This document shows, in pieces, positions 63,768 through 64,000 of a stretch of 64,000 nt of DNA; position 1 is the stretch's first letter, and each line of letters starts with the position of its first letter. The notes under the pieces are model-generated. The model was not told the origin of the DNA, did not search any database, and saw only the letters and a list, made by a program, of their open reading frames with translations. The stretch is from Savitreella phatthalungensis (Eukaryota). Made by a program: the position numbers and the translations under genes. Where the stretch lies: NCBI GenBank assembly GCA_051599415.1, contig AP039699.1, positions 1 through 64,000 of the forward strand, written 5' to 3'.

Positions 63768-64000
63768 GATTGAGTCTAGTCAGCAAAACGACTACTCTTC
63801 TTACTTACCCTCCAAGTTGCACTACTCGCGCACGTGCTTAGGAGAGATCAGTCGAGACGCTGACTCGAACGCAGCGCGCAAGTGCTGCTTGACCGTGCTA
63901 GTCTACCTGTCCTGCGGAAGGCACGAAAGGCAGTGTAGACTATCGCAACGAACGTCACGGCTCGACATCGGGTAAGACGCGAGGCTTCAATTGGCATTGT

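Overview
This is the left end of a chromosome from an intron-poor, gene-dense ascomycete. Gene content and style suggest Taphrinomycotina (Taphrina/Protomyces-like); this is inference. Bases 1-65 are untrimmed Oxford Nanopore adapter plus native barcode NB06, ligated directly to an ~110-bp (CCCTAA)n telomere. A ~5.3-kb non-coding subtelomere follows. It is strongly CpG-depleted in its distal part, with reciprocal CG>TG/CA changes between repeat copies, and carries minisatellites, a TTTGGTTTTACAG array, a possible Pol III promoter relic and nested inverted solo LTRs. From 5.9 kb onward there are about 30 tightly packed, mostly housekeeping genes: CrgA-like RING-LON, LTA4H, ACC1, SND2, PaaI thioesterase, PDX3, a PPR protein, GH125, Cdc27/Pol32, ArfGAP, TAF11, Tco89, tafazzin, NMO, HP1, CCT5, DUF1752/DUF3295, Rictor, Y14, RPL11, GT71, MFS, a flavodoxin-less reductase, BFR2, IND1, VPS9, CipC and Mis12. 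The most interesting signals are (1) a cryptic 51-codon, probably ACG-initiated mitochondrial presequence upstream of ACC1, (2) the CpG-hypermutated subtelomere, (3) the nested LTRs and (4) a flavodoxin-less reductase with a Cys-rich N-terminus. I cannot establish a wholly new multi-gene system from the sequence alone.
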